DNA from: Deinococcus sp.
GTDB lineage: Bacteria > Deinococcota > Deinococci > Deinococcales > Deinococcaceae
NCBI GenBank assembly: GCA_965261005.1
Contig: OZ253375.1
Location: 2,208,001 to 2,272,000 of the forward strand
Direction of reading: 5' to 3'
Length of the DNA: 64,000 nt
Of the stretch, positions 9,309 through 20,082 are shown piece by piece. A program made the translations under genes and the position numbers. Positions within the stretch are counted from its first letter, which is position 1, and every line of letters starts with the position of its first letter. The notes under the pieces are model-generated. The model did not search any database. It had not been told where the DNA came from and was given only the letters and a program-made list of their open reading frames with translations.

Positions 9309-10927
9309 AGAGAATGTTTTCGCCCCGCTCCACTTTGTTTTCGGGCCTGCTGCCCCTTTTGGCGCTGCTCGGGCTTGGCAGCGCCTCGGCGGCGGTCAAA
9401 CCTGGCTGGATCGAGGCCGACTACAACGGCGACGGCCAAAAGGACTTGATCGCCACCTCGAACCTCGCGGACGTGGTCTTCAACCCCAAGGGCGAGATCA
9501 TCGCTTGGTATCCCAAGATCGTGGCCGGCACCAAGCTGATCGGCGGCGATGAGGGCAGCTACGACCTCGCCAAGCTCAAGAAGAGCGTCAACTTGGTCGC
9601 GGGGGGCGAGGCCCTGCAAGTCCAGCTGCCCGGCAACACGGCGAAGCCCCAGGCCCAGCCCTTCAAGTACAGCGCCGACATTCCCCAGAACCGCATGTCG
9701 GCCACCTTCAGCTATACCCAGGGCGGTGCCAGCGTCACCAAGACGATCACGCTGCACCCGCGCCAATTCGGGGTGAACGCCGAGGTCAATGTGCAGGGCG
9801 CCCAGAGCTACACCGTCAACTTCGCCGGACTGGGCCGCAACGAGACGCCGCAGGTCAAGGCGGTGGCGCGCGGGCAGGCGACGGTGCAGAGTTCGGGCCG
9901 CGTGCAGAACATCCAGTACGCCGCCCTGTCGGACAAGCCGGGCGCCTCGGCCCTGACCCTGATCGTGCGCCCCTCGCAAGGGACCCAGGCGAACGCCAGC
10001 CTGACCGGCGGAGAGAGCGCCAACCTGGCCCTCCAGCTGTCCGGGGACGCCAAGTTCGACATCTACGGCGGGCGCAACGAGCTGATTCACTTGTACCAGG
10101 AAGGCTTTTACGGCCAGTTGCCGGGGGTCTTCACGCCCAACATCTTCGGCCAGGGGTCCCTGATCGTCGTGAAGCTGATGGAGTGGCTGTACGGCTTTCT
10201 GGGGTCTTGGGGCCTGGTGATCGTGGCGATCACGGTGCTGATCCGCCTGGCGATCTGGCCGCTGATGCAGTCACAGGCGCGCTACACCGCCCGTATGCAG
10301 TTCATGCAGCCCGAAATCCAGAAGCTCAACGAGAAGTACAAGGACGACCCGCAGAAAAAGACCGAGGCCACCATGGCCCTCTACAAGGAGCACAACGTCA
10401 ATCCCATCGGCTGCCTGCCGATGTTCATCCAGTTCCCGTTTTTGATCGTGCTGTACTCGACCATTCGCAACTTCGAGTTCGACTCGGGCCTGTGGTGGCT
10501 GCCCGACCTCTCGATTCCCGACCCCTACTACATCCTGGCCGCGCTGTACGTCGGCGCCAACCTGCTGAGCCTCTACGTCATGACCCGCAAGACGCCGCAG
10601 ATGTTCAAGCAGCAGTCCTTTTTGTACATCATCTTCGCGTACTTCGCGCTGACCTTTCCGGCCGGCGTGACGCTGTACTGGATTCTCAGCACGCTGTTCA
10701 CGGCCCTGCAACAGTGGCTGATCAACCGCCAGATGGAGGCGCAGGGGGCCATCAAGAATGTGCAGCGCGTGACCGCCGCCGACAAGCCGGCCATCGCCGG
10801 GGTCACGCAGCCGGCCAAGGCGCAAGCGGCCAATTCACAGACGGTCATCAAGCCGCAGCAGCGCGCGTCGGGAAACAAGGGCGCCACGCAGAAAGCCCTG
10901 CCCAAGGGCAAGCGGCAAAAAGAGTAG
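9305..10927 (+). CDS. yidC: Membrane protein insertase YidC
   Basis: ATG 9305 overlaps the yidD stop; [40 protein letters not shown]. Confidence 0.95.
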   Translation: MKRMFSPRSTLFSGLLPLLALLGLGSASAAVKPGWIEADYNGDGQKDLIATSNLADVVFNPKGEIIAWYPKIVAGTKLIGGDEGSYDLAKLKKSVNLVAGGEALQVQLPGNTAKPQAQPFKYSADIPQNRMSATFSYTQGGASVTKTITLHPRQFGVNAEVNVQGAQSYTVNFAGLGRNETPQVKAVARGQATVQSSGRVQNIQYAALSDKPGASALTLIVRPSQGTQANASLTGGESANLALQLSGDAKFDIYGGRNELIHLYQEGFYGQLPGVFTPNIFGQGSLIVVKLMEWLYGFLGSWGLVIVAITVLIRLAIWPLMQSQARYTARMQFMQPEIQKLNEKYKDDPQKKTEATMALYKEHNVNPIGCLPMFIQFPFLIVLYSTIRNFEFDSGLWWLPDLSIPDPYYILAALYVGANLLSLYVMTRKTPQMFKQQSFLYIIFAYFALTFPAGVTLYWILSTLFTALQQWLINRQMEAQGAIKNVQRVTAADKPAIAGVTQPAKAQAANSQTVIKPQQRASGNKGATQKALPKGKRQKE

Positions 10928-11004
10928 GCAACAAGAGTAGGCAATGAGAACGGCGAATGTGAGCCTGCCTCTTCTGGCAGGCTCTTTCCGTGTCACCCTG
11001 AACC

Positions 11005-11292
11005 ATGCCCCCCAACTTGCAGGTGAGCGACAACAAGGACGAGCAGCGCTACGAGGCCAGCGTGAACGGCGGCGTCGCCTTCGCCGCTTACCAACCGGCC
11101 GGCGAGGACACCCTGATCTTCACCCACACCGAGGTGCCGGAGGAGTCTGAGGGCGGGGGCGTCGGCAGCGCCCTGGTGAAGGCGGCCCTCGACGACGTAC
11201 GGGCGCAGGGCATGCAGGTCGTTCCCCAGTGCCCCTTCGTGGCCGCGTACATCGAGCGCCACCCGGAGTACGCGGACCTGGTGAGGGGGTAG
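11005..11292 (+). CDS. Small GNAT-family N-acetyltransferase
   Basis: FTHTEVP..EGGGVGSALV...VVPQCPFV..YIERHPEY. Confidence 0.88.
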   Translation: MPPNLQVSDNKDEQRYEASVNGGVAFAAYQPAGEDTLIFTHTEVPEESEGGGVGSALVKAALDDVRAQGMQVVPQCPFVAAYIERHPEYADLVRG

Positions 11293-11305
11293 GTTGCTCG
11301 GGAGA

Positions 11306-11365
11306 CCCCTCACCCCCGGCCCCTCCCTTCGGGGTGCTTCGCGCTCTCCCGCAAGGGGAGAGGGG
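11306..11365 (+). repeat. REP-like GCAA-loop hairpin repeat (copy 1)
   Basis: cccctcacccccggcccc...ctctccc-GCAA-ggggagagggg; related copies at 39510 and 47201. Confidence 0.65.
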
Positions 11366-11385
11366 AGCAGAGATTCGGGCGGTTC

Positions 11386-13350
<1,965 letters not shown>

Positions 13351-13435
13351 GGCTCAGCTCCATAAAGGGGAAAGGCAACAGACGGCGGCACGGCACGGGC
13401 CGGGCGCTCAGGCGGTTCGCCGAGCATGCCCGGCC

Positions 13436-13531
13436 CTAGAGCGTTCGCGCGCGGCGTCCGGCTGGGGCAGGATTCAGAAAACGTGCGCCATGAAAGCCCA
13501 ACGGGTGCAGTTGGAGCAGGTGGCGCGGCAT
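13436..13531 (-). other. Putative leaderless upstream ORF (31 aa) in the thrS leader
   Basis: TAAACT-N6-ATG; MPRHLLQLHPLGFHGARFLNPAPAGRRARTL*; its stop abuts a long hairpin at 13397-13436. Confidence 0.4.
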
Positions 13532-13573
13532 GGCTAGAGTTTAACGAACCTGGGGGAGGGAAAGCAAAGTGGC

Positions 13574-14692
13574 TCAGCGAAGTTGTGCGGCGCGGGCCTG
13601 AATCCAGTTCGCGGCGTCCTGCATGGGCTGCGGCGCAATCGGGGCGAAATCGTCTTGAAGTAGGCTGGTGGCCGGGCCGAGGGTGTGCCCCAAACCGGGA
13701 TACAGCTTGACGGTCGCGCTTACCTCAGCTGCGGCCAGGGCGTCCGTGAGGGTGCCGAGGTACTTGGCAGGGGTATTGGCGTCGTTTTCCCCCTGGAGTA
13801 CCATCAGCGGCAGCTTCAGGTTCGGCGCTTGCTGCGTCACGCTGGGCAGCGCGCGCCCCGGCGCGTAGATGTTGAAAAAGCCCTGCGGCTTAAAGGCGTC
13901 GTCGAGCACCTTCTGAAAGCCCGGCACGACCTCGGCGTCAATTTGAAGTTGCCCATCCTTATCGGCGTCGAGGGCCGGGTTGATGACGTAGCGTTGCTGC
14001 CGCGCGGCCTGCGGGTCGGCGAGGTACAAGGCGACGTTCTTTGCAACCAGGCCGCCCTCACCTGTCACCAGCTTGGCGAAGTCCTCGTCGGTGAGGGTGG
14101 TCCCGGCGATCTGCCGCAGGTAGGGCAGCTGCACGTCGTTGAACTGCGCCTCGAAGGTTTGGCGCCACGGCAGCGTTACCGGTCCCTGCACGATCAGGCC
14201 AGCCAACTCGGGATGCTTGGCGGCGAGTGCGGCGGCGATGGTGCTGCCCTCGCTCCAGCCATACAAAAAGACCTGCCTGGGGTTCACGCGCGGATTATTT
14301 AGGGCGGCGGCGAGGGCGACCTCGGCGTCTTGAAGAAAGAGGTTCAGATCGGCCCGCGTGTAAAACTTTTGTGCGTCCACCTGACCCGGCGCGCTGACGT
14401 AGTGCTTGTTGTAGCGCAGCGTCGCTATTTCCTGCCCCGCGAAGGTGTCGGCGATGTCCTTGAAGATGGCCGACTTGAGCTTGCCGTCAAAGCCACGCAC
14501 GGTGAAGTCCTGGTCGTAAGGGCCGGAGCCGGGAATCAGAACCACGGCGGGAAGCCGTCCGCCGCCACCGCCCGCCGGATAGGCCCACTCGGCGGGACTC
14601 TGAAAGTCGCCGAAGTTCAGCGTCAACGGGACCCGCTGAACTTCGGCGGCAGACACGGGCAGCAGGACGGCGAGCAGCGCGAGACGTTTCAT
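13574..14692 (-). CDS. Secreted alpha/beta hydrolase
   Basis: Signal peptide, IPGSGP, GWSEG nucleophile elbow, QGENDANT, YPGLGH. Confidence 0.88.
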   Translation of the reverse strand: MKRLALLAVLLPVSAAEVQRVPLTLNFGDFQSPAEWAYPAGGGGGRLPAVVLIPGSGPYDQDFTVRGFDGKLKSAIFKDIADTFAGQEIATLRYNKHYVSAPGQVDAQKFYTRADLNLFLQDAEVALAAALNNPRVNPRQVFLYGWSEGSTIAAALAAKHPELAGLIVQGPVTLPWRQTFEAQFNDVQLPYLRQIAGTTLTDEDFAKLVTGEGGLVAKNVALYLADPQAARQQRYVINPALDADKDGQLQIDAEVVPGFQKVLDDAFKPQGFFNIYAPGRALPSVTQQAPNLKLPLMVLQGENDANTPAKYLGTLTDALAAAEVSATVKLYPGLGHTLGPATSLLQDDFAPIAPQPMQDAANWIQARAAQLR

Positions 14693-14729
14693 GCGCCAAG
14701 CCTACAAGGCCGAAGTGTAGGAGGGAAGT

Positions 14730-14943
14730 GCGTTGATCGCGGACGCGGGGTATCACGCTCCATAAGGCGACCAAGACCAAGCCGCTGACCAAAGGGGAGC
14801 GATTTGAGAACCAGGTCTTGGCGTACACGCGCTGCCGGGTGGAACATGTCATCCGCTGCGTCAAGATCTTTCGTGTCCTCAAAGACGTCTACCGGCACCG
14901 CATTGCCGCCCTCTGCAATCACACCCGTGCCCTCATTCGCTGA
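14730..14943 (+). pseudogene. IS5-family (ISL2/IS702-like, DDE_Tnp_4) transposase C-terminal remnant
   Basis: ALIADAGY, then a frameshift/deletion, then HKATKTKPLTKGERFENQVLAYTRCRVEHVIRCVKIFRVLKDVYRHR; no N-terminus. Confidence 0.75.
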
Positions 14944-15406
14944 CTTTCTCAGAGGGTCTAATCAACGCCGTGATACGCGTGTCGAAGACAAACGGCCCGA
15001 TCTCTTCCGGTTGTAAGGTCCCCAAGAGGGCGTGTCGCTGATTGAGCAAGACGTTGTGCGACCGGGGCGCGGCCACACTCGGGACCCGCAGGGCGAGGCT
15101 CGTGCCCGCGCGAACCCAGGCGTCCCCGTAGGGCCGGGTCTGGGCGAGGTCGCGCACATCGAGGTTCTCCGGCGCGGCGACGATGGCCGACTCCGGAATT
15201 TCGACTTCAAATAGGATATACCCCTGCAAGTTGCGGTATACCCCGGCGTAGTTCAGCACTTCCAGCGCGGCCAGTGCGGGATGCTCGGCCAGGTAGGTGA
15301 TCAGGACGCTGCGCGAGTTCCAACGGCCGCTGGCGCCCCTGGTAACGAGCGGTTGCCCTCCGGTCGCCTCCAAGGCCAAGCGGTGAACCAAGCGGTAGGC
15401 GATCAA
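14933..15406 (-). CDS. RES-domain toxin
   Basis: TTG 15406 overlaps the antitoxin TGA; AYRL, GRWN, YLAEHPALAALE, LRVPSV, NVLLN. Confidence 0.88.
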   Translation of the reverse strand: MIAYRLVHRLALEATGGQPLVTRGASGRWNSRSVLITYLAEHPALAALEVLNYAGVYRNLQGYILFEVEIPESAIVAAPENLDVRDLAQTRPYGDAWVRAGTSLALRVPSVAAPRSHNVLLNQRHALLGTLQPEEIGPFVFDTRITALIRPSEKVSE

Positions 15407-15819
15407 TAGAAGTTGCCGTCCAACAAGCCTTGAATCAGGTCGTCCACCTGATCCTGTCCATAGCGGGTGCGCAGCAGGTCGAGCGGCCTCTCGCCGCCGA
15501 GGGCGGGGTGTGGCGTACGGAACCACTCGTCAGCCCCATCGCTCAGCATGGCCTGCACGGTGTCGAAGCGCTTTCCAACGGCGTACAGCCGGTCGAGGAC
15601 GTCGCCGCTGGGCGGTTCGGCCTTGGCGATGGTGCTGCGGCTGACCCCCAGCAGCTTGGCGCTTTCCTCTTGGCTAATGTCGAGCAGCTGCCTCAGCCGC
15701 CCGCCGATCTCGCGCATGGTGTTGACGCCGGCCGGTGGGGTCAGCTCGCCGCTGAGCAGGGGCGAAAGCTGCCGCTCGCTGGGGTCCACGTTGGTGACGT
15801 TCGAGAAAAACATGGTCAT
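15403..15819 (-). CDS. Xre/MbcA/ParS-type antitoxin
   Basis: HTH SQEESAKLLGVSRST plus WFRTPHPALGGERPLDLLRT..G..V C-terminal domain. Confidence 0.88.
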   Translation of the reverse strand: MTMFFSNVTNVDPSERQLSPLLSGELTPPAGVNTMREIGGRLRQLLDISQEESAKLLGVSRSTIAKAEPPSGDVLDRLYAVGKRFDTVQAMLSDGADEWFRTPHPALGGERPLDLLRTRYGQDQVDDLIQGLLDGNFY

Positions 15820-15834
15820 GGCCGCTTTTGAGGG

Positions 15835-15852
15835 TAGTCTAGTTTTAGACTA
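15835..15852. promoter_or_regulatory. Perfect inverted repeat over the RES-Xre promoter (putative autorepressor site)
   Basis: TAGTCTA-GTTT-TAGACTA; contains a TAGACT -10 box on the minus strand. Confidence 0.6.
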
Positions 15853-15931
15853 GAGATTGTCTATTTCTGTACAACGGCAAGAATATGAGGCATTTCAGAA
15901 TCGAGCAGGCTACCGACCAAGGGCGCCGGGG

Positions 15932-16390
15932 TTAACCGGGCCTCAAGTCAATCTCGAAATACAAAAACCCTGCCTGGCCGCTGGGCGCCCCTTTGTACCC
16001 CATGCGCTCGTAGGCGGGGGCAATTCTTTCGCTCGCGTACCACTCGATGTAGCGCAGCCCGCGCGCCCGGCCCCAAGCTTCGATGCCCAGCATCAGCGCC
16101 CGTCCGACGCCCCGCCGGCGTTCCGTCTCTAGGGTGTAGAGGTCGTGCAGCTTGGCGGTGCGGTGGTCGTTTCCCGAGCGCAAATGTGGCCCGTAGTCTT
16201 GCGCCGCCGCGTAACCGAGCAGGCGCCCGCTTCGCTCGGCGCCCAGCAAGACCCAGTCCGGCCGCCGGCAGAATTCGGGAAAGCGCGCCCGCGCCCCATC
16301 CTCGGAATCCACAAAGCCCATGTCGAGCAGCATCGGCCAGACCTCTTCCCAGTCGTCCGGCCGCAGGGGACGCACCGCAACGCCGCTCAC
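15932..16390 (-). CDS. GNAT N-acetyltransferase
   Basis: LHDLYT..RRRGVGRALM, YERMGY. Confidence 0.88.
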   Translation of the reverse strand: MSGVAVRPLRPDDWEEVWPMLLDMGFVDSEDGARARFPEFCRRPDWVLLGAERSGRLLGYAAAQDYGPHLRSGNDHRTAKLHDLYTLETERRRGVGRALMLGIEAWGRARGLRYIEWYASERIAPAYERMGYKGAPSGQAGFLYFEIDLRPG

Positions 16391-17379
16391 GCGCCCGACC
16401 CCAGCAGCTTCTTCTCGTAGATGTTCCGCACGGTCGCCTCGATGTCCGGCTCCAGCACGGATAAATCGCGCACGGCGTAGCGCCCCGTCAGGCGGGAAAT
16501 CAGCTCGGGGACGTGCTCGCTGAAGGCGTAGGTGGCCCGCAGACCCTCGCGCGACAGCAGGCGGGCGCCGTCCAATCCGACATCTTCATACGCCCGCGCG
16601 AAGTCCACCACCAAGCGCCGCTCGCCGCCGAAGCGAGCTTGCAGGGCGGCCAGCTGGCCGTCATACAGCAGCCGGCCATGGTCAATGATGAGGACTCGCC
16701 GGCACAGGCGCCGCACGTCGGCGAGGTCGTGGGTGGTCAGCAGCACCGTCACGCCCTTCTCCCCGTTCACATGGGCCACGAACTCGCGGATGCGCTCCTT
16801 GGCGACCACGTCGAGGCCGATGGTGGGTTCGTCCAGAAAGAGCAGGTCGGGGTCGTGCAGCAGCGCCGCGCACAAATCGGCGCGCATGCGCTGGCCGAGC
16901 GAGAGCGAGCGCGCCGGCGCGTTCAGGAACCCGCCGAGGTCGAGCAGCTCGCCAAAGGCGCGCAAGTTCTCCGCGAAGCGCGCCGCCGGCACCCGGTAAA
17001 CGTGGCGCAGCAGCTCCAGCGACTCGATCACCGGCAGGTCCCACCACAAAGTCGAGCGCTGCCCGAACACCGCCCCGACCCGCGCCACGTAGCGCCGCCG
17101 CTCGCGCCACGGCGTCAGGCCGTTCACGCTGAGGCTACCCGAGGTCGGCACCAGCAGGCCGGTCAGCATCTTGATGGTGGTGGACTTGCCCGCCCCGTTC
17201 GGCCCCAGGTAGCCGACCACCTCGCCGGGCGCGACCGTGAACGAGACGTCGTCCACCGCCTTGACCAGCAGGCTGTCCCGCGAGAAAAAGCCCCGTAGCG
17301 CGCCCAAGGTGCCCGCGTGGCGCTTGCGGACGTGAAAGTGCTTGGTTAAATGCTCGGCCCGAATCATGGGTGTGGTCAC
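16387..17379 (-). CDS. ABC transporter ATP-binding protein
   Basis: GTG 17379 overlaps the permease stop; GPNGAGKST, LSLGQRMR, LFLDEPTIGLD. Confidence 0.93.
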   Translation of the reverse strand: MTTPMIRAEHLTKHFHVRKRHAGTLGALRGFFSRDSLLVKAVDDVSFTVAPGEVVGYLGPNGAGKSTTIKMLTGLLVPTSGSLSVNGLTPWRERRRYVARVGAVFGQRSTLWWDLPVIESLELLRHVYRVPAARFAENLRAFGELLDLGGFLNAPARSLSLGQRMRADLCAALLHDPDLLFLDEPTIGLDVVAKERIREFVAHVNGEKGVTVLLTTHDLADVRRLCRRVLIIDHGRLLYDGQLAALQARFGGERRLVVDFARAYEDVGLDGARLLSREGLRATYAFSEHVPELISRLTGRYAVRDLSVLEPDIEATVRNIYEKKLLGSGA

Positions 17380-18182
17380 GTCCCCGTCCCCTGGTAGTGC
17401 CGCAGACCGACCCTCCAAAAGGCCAGCGCGGCGGCGAACACCAGCCCGCCGGCCAGCGGCGCCAGAAAGTGCGTCCAAACCGGCAAGCCCAGCGGGTCGG
17501 GCTTCCCCAGAAAGTACAGCGCGGGCGCGTAGTTGAGAAAGGCCGCCGGCACCACAAAGGTGAAGAGCCGCCGCAACCACTCCCCGTAAATGGTCATGGG
17601 GTACTGGATCAGGTTGCTGCCGCCGTAGGTCAGGACGTTCATCGCCTCGACGCTCTCCACCGTCCAAAAGGTGACGGTCCCGCCGATGATAAAGAGGCCC
17701 CCAAAGAAGAGCACGATGCCCAGCGCCACCAAGGGCAGGTACAGCAGCTTGGCCGGCGTCCACAGAATCTGCGCGTAGCCCAGCGCGAAGGCGAACACCG
17801 CTATCCCGCTGGCGACCCGGCCGAGGCGGCGCAAGCTGAAGTCCGAGCCGAGCACCTGAAGTGTCAAGCTGACCGGGCGCAGCAGCATCTGATCTAAGCT
17901 CCCCCGCCGCACCGCCTGCCCGAAGGAGGCCGGGTCGAAGCCGCCGAACAGCAAATCCATCAAGCCAAAGGAGAGTTCCACCAAACCGTACAAAAAGGCA
18001 ACCTCCCCGAAGGTCCAGCCGCCGACGCTGCCGAAGCGGTTCAGCACCAGCGCGAAGGCGCCGAACTCGGTGACGCTCAGCAGCAGGGTGGAGACCAGGT
18101 CCAGCGCGAACGACGTCCGGTATTGAAGCTGAGAGCGCACCTGGGCGCCCAGCAGGCGGCGGTAGAGGCGAAGGTTCTGCAC
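17376..18182 (-). CDS. ABC-2 type permease (DUF990-like)
   Basis: YRTSF, GSLDQMLLRPVS, YPMTIY motifs; hydrophobic. Confidence 0.88.
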   Translation of the reverse strand: MQNLRLYRRLLGAQVRSQLQYRTSFALDLVSTLLLSVTEFGAFALVLNRFGSVGGWTFGEVAFLYGLVELSFGLMDLLFGGFDPASFGQAVRRGSLDQMLLRPVSLTLQVLGSDFSLRRLGRVASGIAVFAFALGYAQILWTPAKLLYLPLVALGIVLFFGGLFIIGGTVTFWTVESVEAMNVLTYGGSNLIQYPMTIYGEWLRRLFTFVVPAAFLNYAPALYFLGKPDPLGLPVWTHFLAPLAGGLVFAAALAFWRVGLRHYQGTGT

Positions 18183-18980
18183 TCAGCCCCCCAGGATGAC
18201 CAGGCGCCGGGTCGCGCGGCCCAGCAGCCATTGGCCCAGCAGAACGAGCGCCAGCGCCCACGTCGCCTGCACGAGGAGCGCCCGCACCAGCGCGCTCCCC
18301 GTCAGCAGGCCCAGATAAATCTCCACCACCGTGTTCACCATCGAGGGAAAGGGCGTCCAGGTGAGGGCGGCGCGCACCCAATCGGGAAACAGGCGCAGCG
18401 GCATCAGAAAGCCCGAGCCGAACATCAGCGCGACGTAAGCGAAGCGCCCGATGCCGCGCGCGTCCGGCGACCAAAAGGCCGTCAAGTTGACCAGAAAGCG
18501 GTAGGCGAAGCTCAGCAGCCAAGCCAGCAGCAGCGAGAGCGCCAGCGCCGCCCACTGCCCCAAGCTGCCCGGCACGCTGACGCGGAACAGGGCGGCGTAG
18601 ATCAGCATGATGGTCAGGCCGCGCAGCAGCAGGCCCGCCAGCGCGCGGCCCGCGTCCTGCGCCAGCCAAAAGCCGAAATAGCTGATGGGCCGCAGCAAGT
18701 CGCCCGCGACCTCGCCCCGGTAGACGGTGTTCATGATGTCAAAGGAGCCGAACAAGCTCAGAAACGCGATCAGCGCCTGGGTCAGGCCGGTGTAGGTCAG
18801 CGCGCCCTGGGCGCTGAGGCCCTCCAGGCTGGGGCGCCCGTTCAGCAGCGCCAGCAGCACGGCCGCCCTCAAGAGGCCGAAAAAGATGTTGGTCGCCAGC
18901 CCTGCCAGCGCGGCGGCCCGGTAGGTCAGGTGGCGGCGAAAGGCGCGGGCGGCGATCTCGTAGAACAGGCGCGGCGGCAT
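18183..18980 (-). CDS. ABC-2 type permease (DUF990-like)
   Basis: TYRAA, GEVAGDLLRPI, SGFLMPLRLFPDW, TPF motifs. Confidence 0.88.
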   Translation of the reverse strand: MPPRLFYEIAARAFRRHLTYRAAALAGLATNIFFGLLRAAVLLALLNGRPSLEGLSAQGALTYTGLTQALIAFLSLFGSFDIMNTVYRGEVAGDLLRPISYFGFWLAQDAGRALAGLLLRGLTIMLIYAALFRVSVPGSLGQWAALALSLLLAWLLSFAYRFLVNLTAFWSPDARGIGRFAYVALMFGSGFLMPLRLFPDWVRAALTWTPFPSMVNTVVEIYLGLLTGSALVRALLVQATWALALVLLGQWLLGRATRRLVILGG

Positions 18981-19058
18981 GGTGAGCTTGCAGTTTGCCT
19001 TACCCGGAGGCCGGGGCCAATACGGCGAATGGCCTAGCGCAGAAAAGGCAGCCAACAC

Positions 19059-19090
19059 AAAGGGCCGGGGCGAACGCCCTCGGCCCTTTT
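19059..19090 (-). terminator. Intrinsic terminator after the glutaredoxin gene (possibly bidirectional)
   Basis: AAAGGGCCGGGGCGAACGCCCTCGGCCCTTTT hairpin with A/T flanks. Confidence 0.7.
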
Positions 19091-19101
19091 CACCACGCCC
19101 T

Positions 19102-19353
19102 TTACTGCGCGATGCCCGCTTCCTGCAAAAAGGCGTCCAGCTTGGCCGGCCGGAACCCCGACAAGCTGGCGGCGTGGCCGCCGTACTCCAGCGTGGGCAC
19201 GCTGCGCCGGCCGCCGTTGATGCTCATGACGTGCTGGGCGGCGCCCTCGTCCTGCTCGATGTTGACTTCCTCGAAGGGGATGCCCTTTTTGCCCAGCGCC
19301 GCCTTGGTGGCGTGGCAATCGGGGCACCAACTGGTCGTGTACATCTTGATCAT
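19102..19353 (-). CDS. Glutaredoxin/NrdH/mycoredoxin-like protein
   Basis: MYTTSWCPDC...GGRRSVPT. Confidence 0.9.
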   Translation of the reverse strand: MIKMYTTSWCPDCHATKAALGKKGIPFEEVNIEQDEGAAQHVMSINGGRRSVPTLEYGGHAASLSGFRPAKLDAFLQEAGIAQ

Positions 19354-19458
19354 GTTCAGCCTCCTGGCCCAGAAATCAGAAACAGCCGTCATTAACTATA
19401 CAAAACAAAGCGGAGGGCAGTGTTTCTTCGGCACAATGACCGAAAGCGCGTTGGCCGC

Positions 19459-19487
19459 TTGACGAGTTGGGGGACCCGCGCTAGTAT
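19459..19487 (+). promoter_or_regulatory. Sigma70 promoter of the tRNA gene
   Basis: TTGACG-N17-TAGTAT. Confidence 0.8.
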
Positions 19488-19513
19488 CTTTGAGCGCGTG
19501 AATACGCGGCTGG

Positions 19514-19590
<77 letters not shown>

Positions 19591-19594
19591 AAGT

Positions 19595-19620
19595 ACCCTC
19601 CTTCGGGAGGGTTTTTTATT
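19595..19620 (+). terminator. Intrinsic terminator of the tRNA gene
   Basis: ACCCTCC-TTCG-GGAGGGT-TTTTTATT. Confidence 0.9.
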
Positions 19621-19703
19621 TAAAGGTGATCTTTAGTAAAGGGGCAGGGGAGCGTCACGGGCGGGCGTCATGCTTGGGGTATCTCTTGCAAGGAGGTTCC
19701 AAC

Positions 19704-19937
19704 ATGGCCGACGACCGCAGCATAGGTGAGAAGTTGGGCGACGCCGCCGGCGCCCTGACGTCCAAGGTAAACGAGGGCGCCGACCGCGCCCGCGCCGAGG
19801 GCCACGACGCCAAGAGCGAGGCCACCGACAACCCGGTGGAGAGCCTGATCGAAAAGGGCAAGGCCGCCGTGGACCGCGGCAAGGCCGAGTACCACGACGC
19901 GCAGGCCGACCGCAAGGCGGACAAGGCCGGCAGCTAG
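19704..19937 (+). CDS. Small hydrophilic protein (LEA/CsbD-like composition)
   Basis: Strong RBS AGGAGG; 77 aa rich in A/D/E/K/G; own terminator. Confidence 0.75.
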   Translation: MADDRSIGEKLGDAAGALTSKVNEGADRARAEGHDAKSEATDNPVESLIEKGKAAVDRGKAEYHDAQADRKADKAGS

Positions 19938-19972
19938 CGAAGACGATTGTTAAAACCTGTATCCCCTATGGC

Positions 19973-19997
19973 GCCCCTCCGAAAGGAGGGGTTTTTC
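19973..19997 (+). terminator. Intrinsic terminator
   Basis: CCCCTCC-GAAA-GGAGGGG-TTTTTC. Confidence 0.85.
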
Positions 19998-20028
19998 TGA
20001 TGTCTATGTGACCGGCGCGCTCAACTCC

Positions 20029-20044
20029 TTCACTTAAACTTCAC
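20029..20044 (+). promoter_or_regulatory. cre-tag-like direct repeat TTCAC-N6-TTCAC (OmpR-family activator site)
   Basis: TTCAC-TTAAAC-TTCAC, 17 nt before a CATAGT -10-like hexamer at 20062. Confidence 0.6.
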
Positions 20045-20082
20045 TTACACTCCAGGCAATTCATAGTTCTGCCGGAGGCTGC

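Noticed and set aside
13351..13573. T-box riboswitch upstream of thrS
   Set aside because: No T-box antiterminator consensus or specifier-loop motifs found
16387..18669. 760-aa ORF suggesting a giant ABC ATPase; similar extensions at 9041, 27922, 36305-37990, 39568-41370, 44390, 51086 and 61556-63253
   Set aside because: The extensions overlap upstream genes in another frame; true starts sit at stop-start overlaps or SD sites
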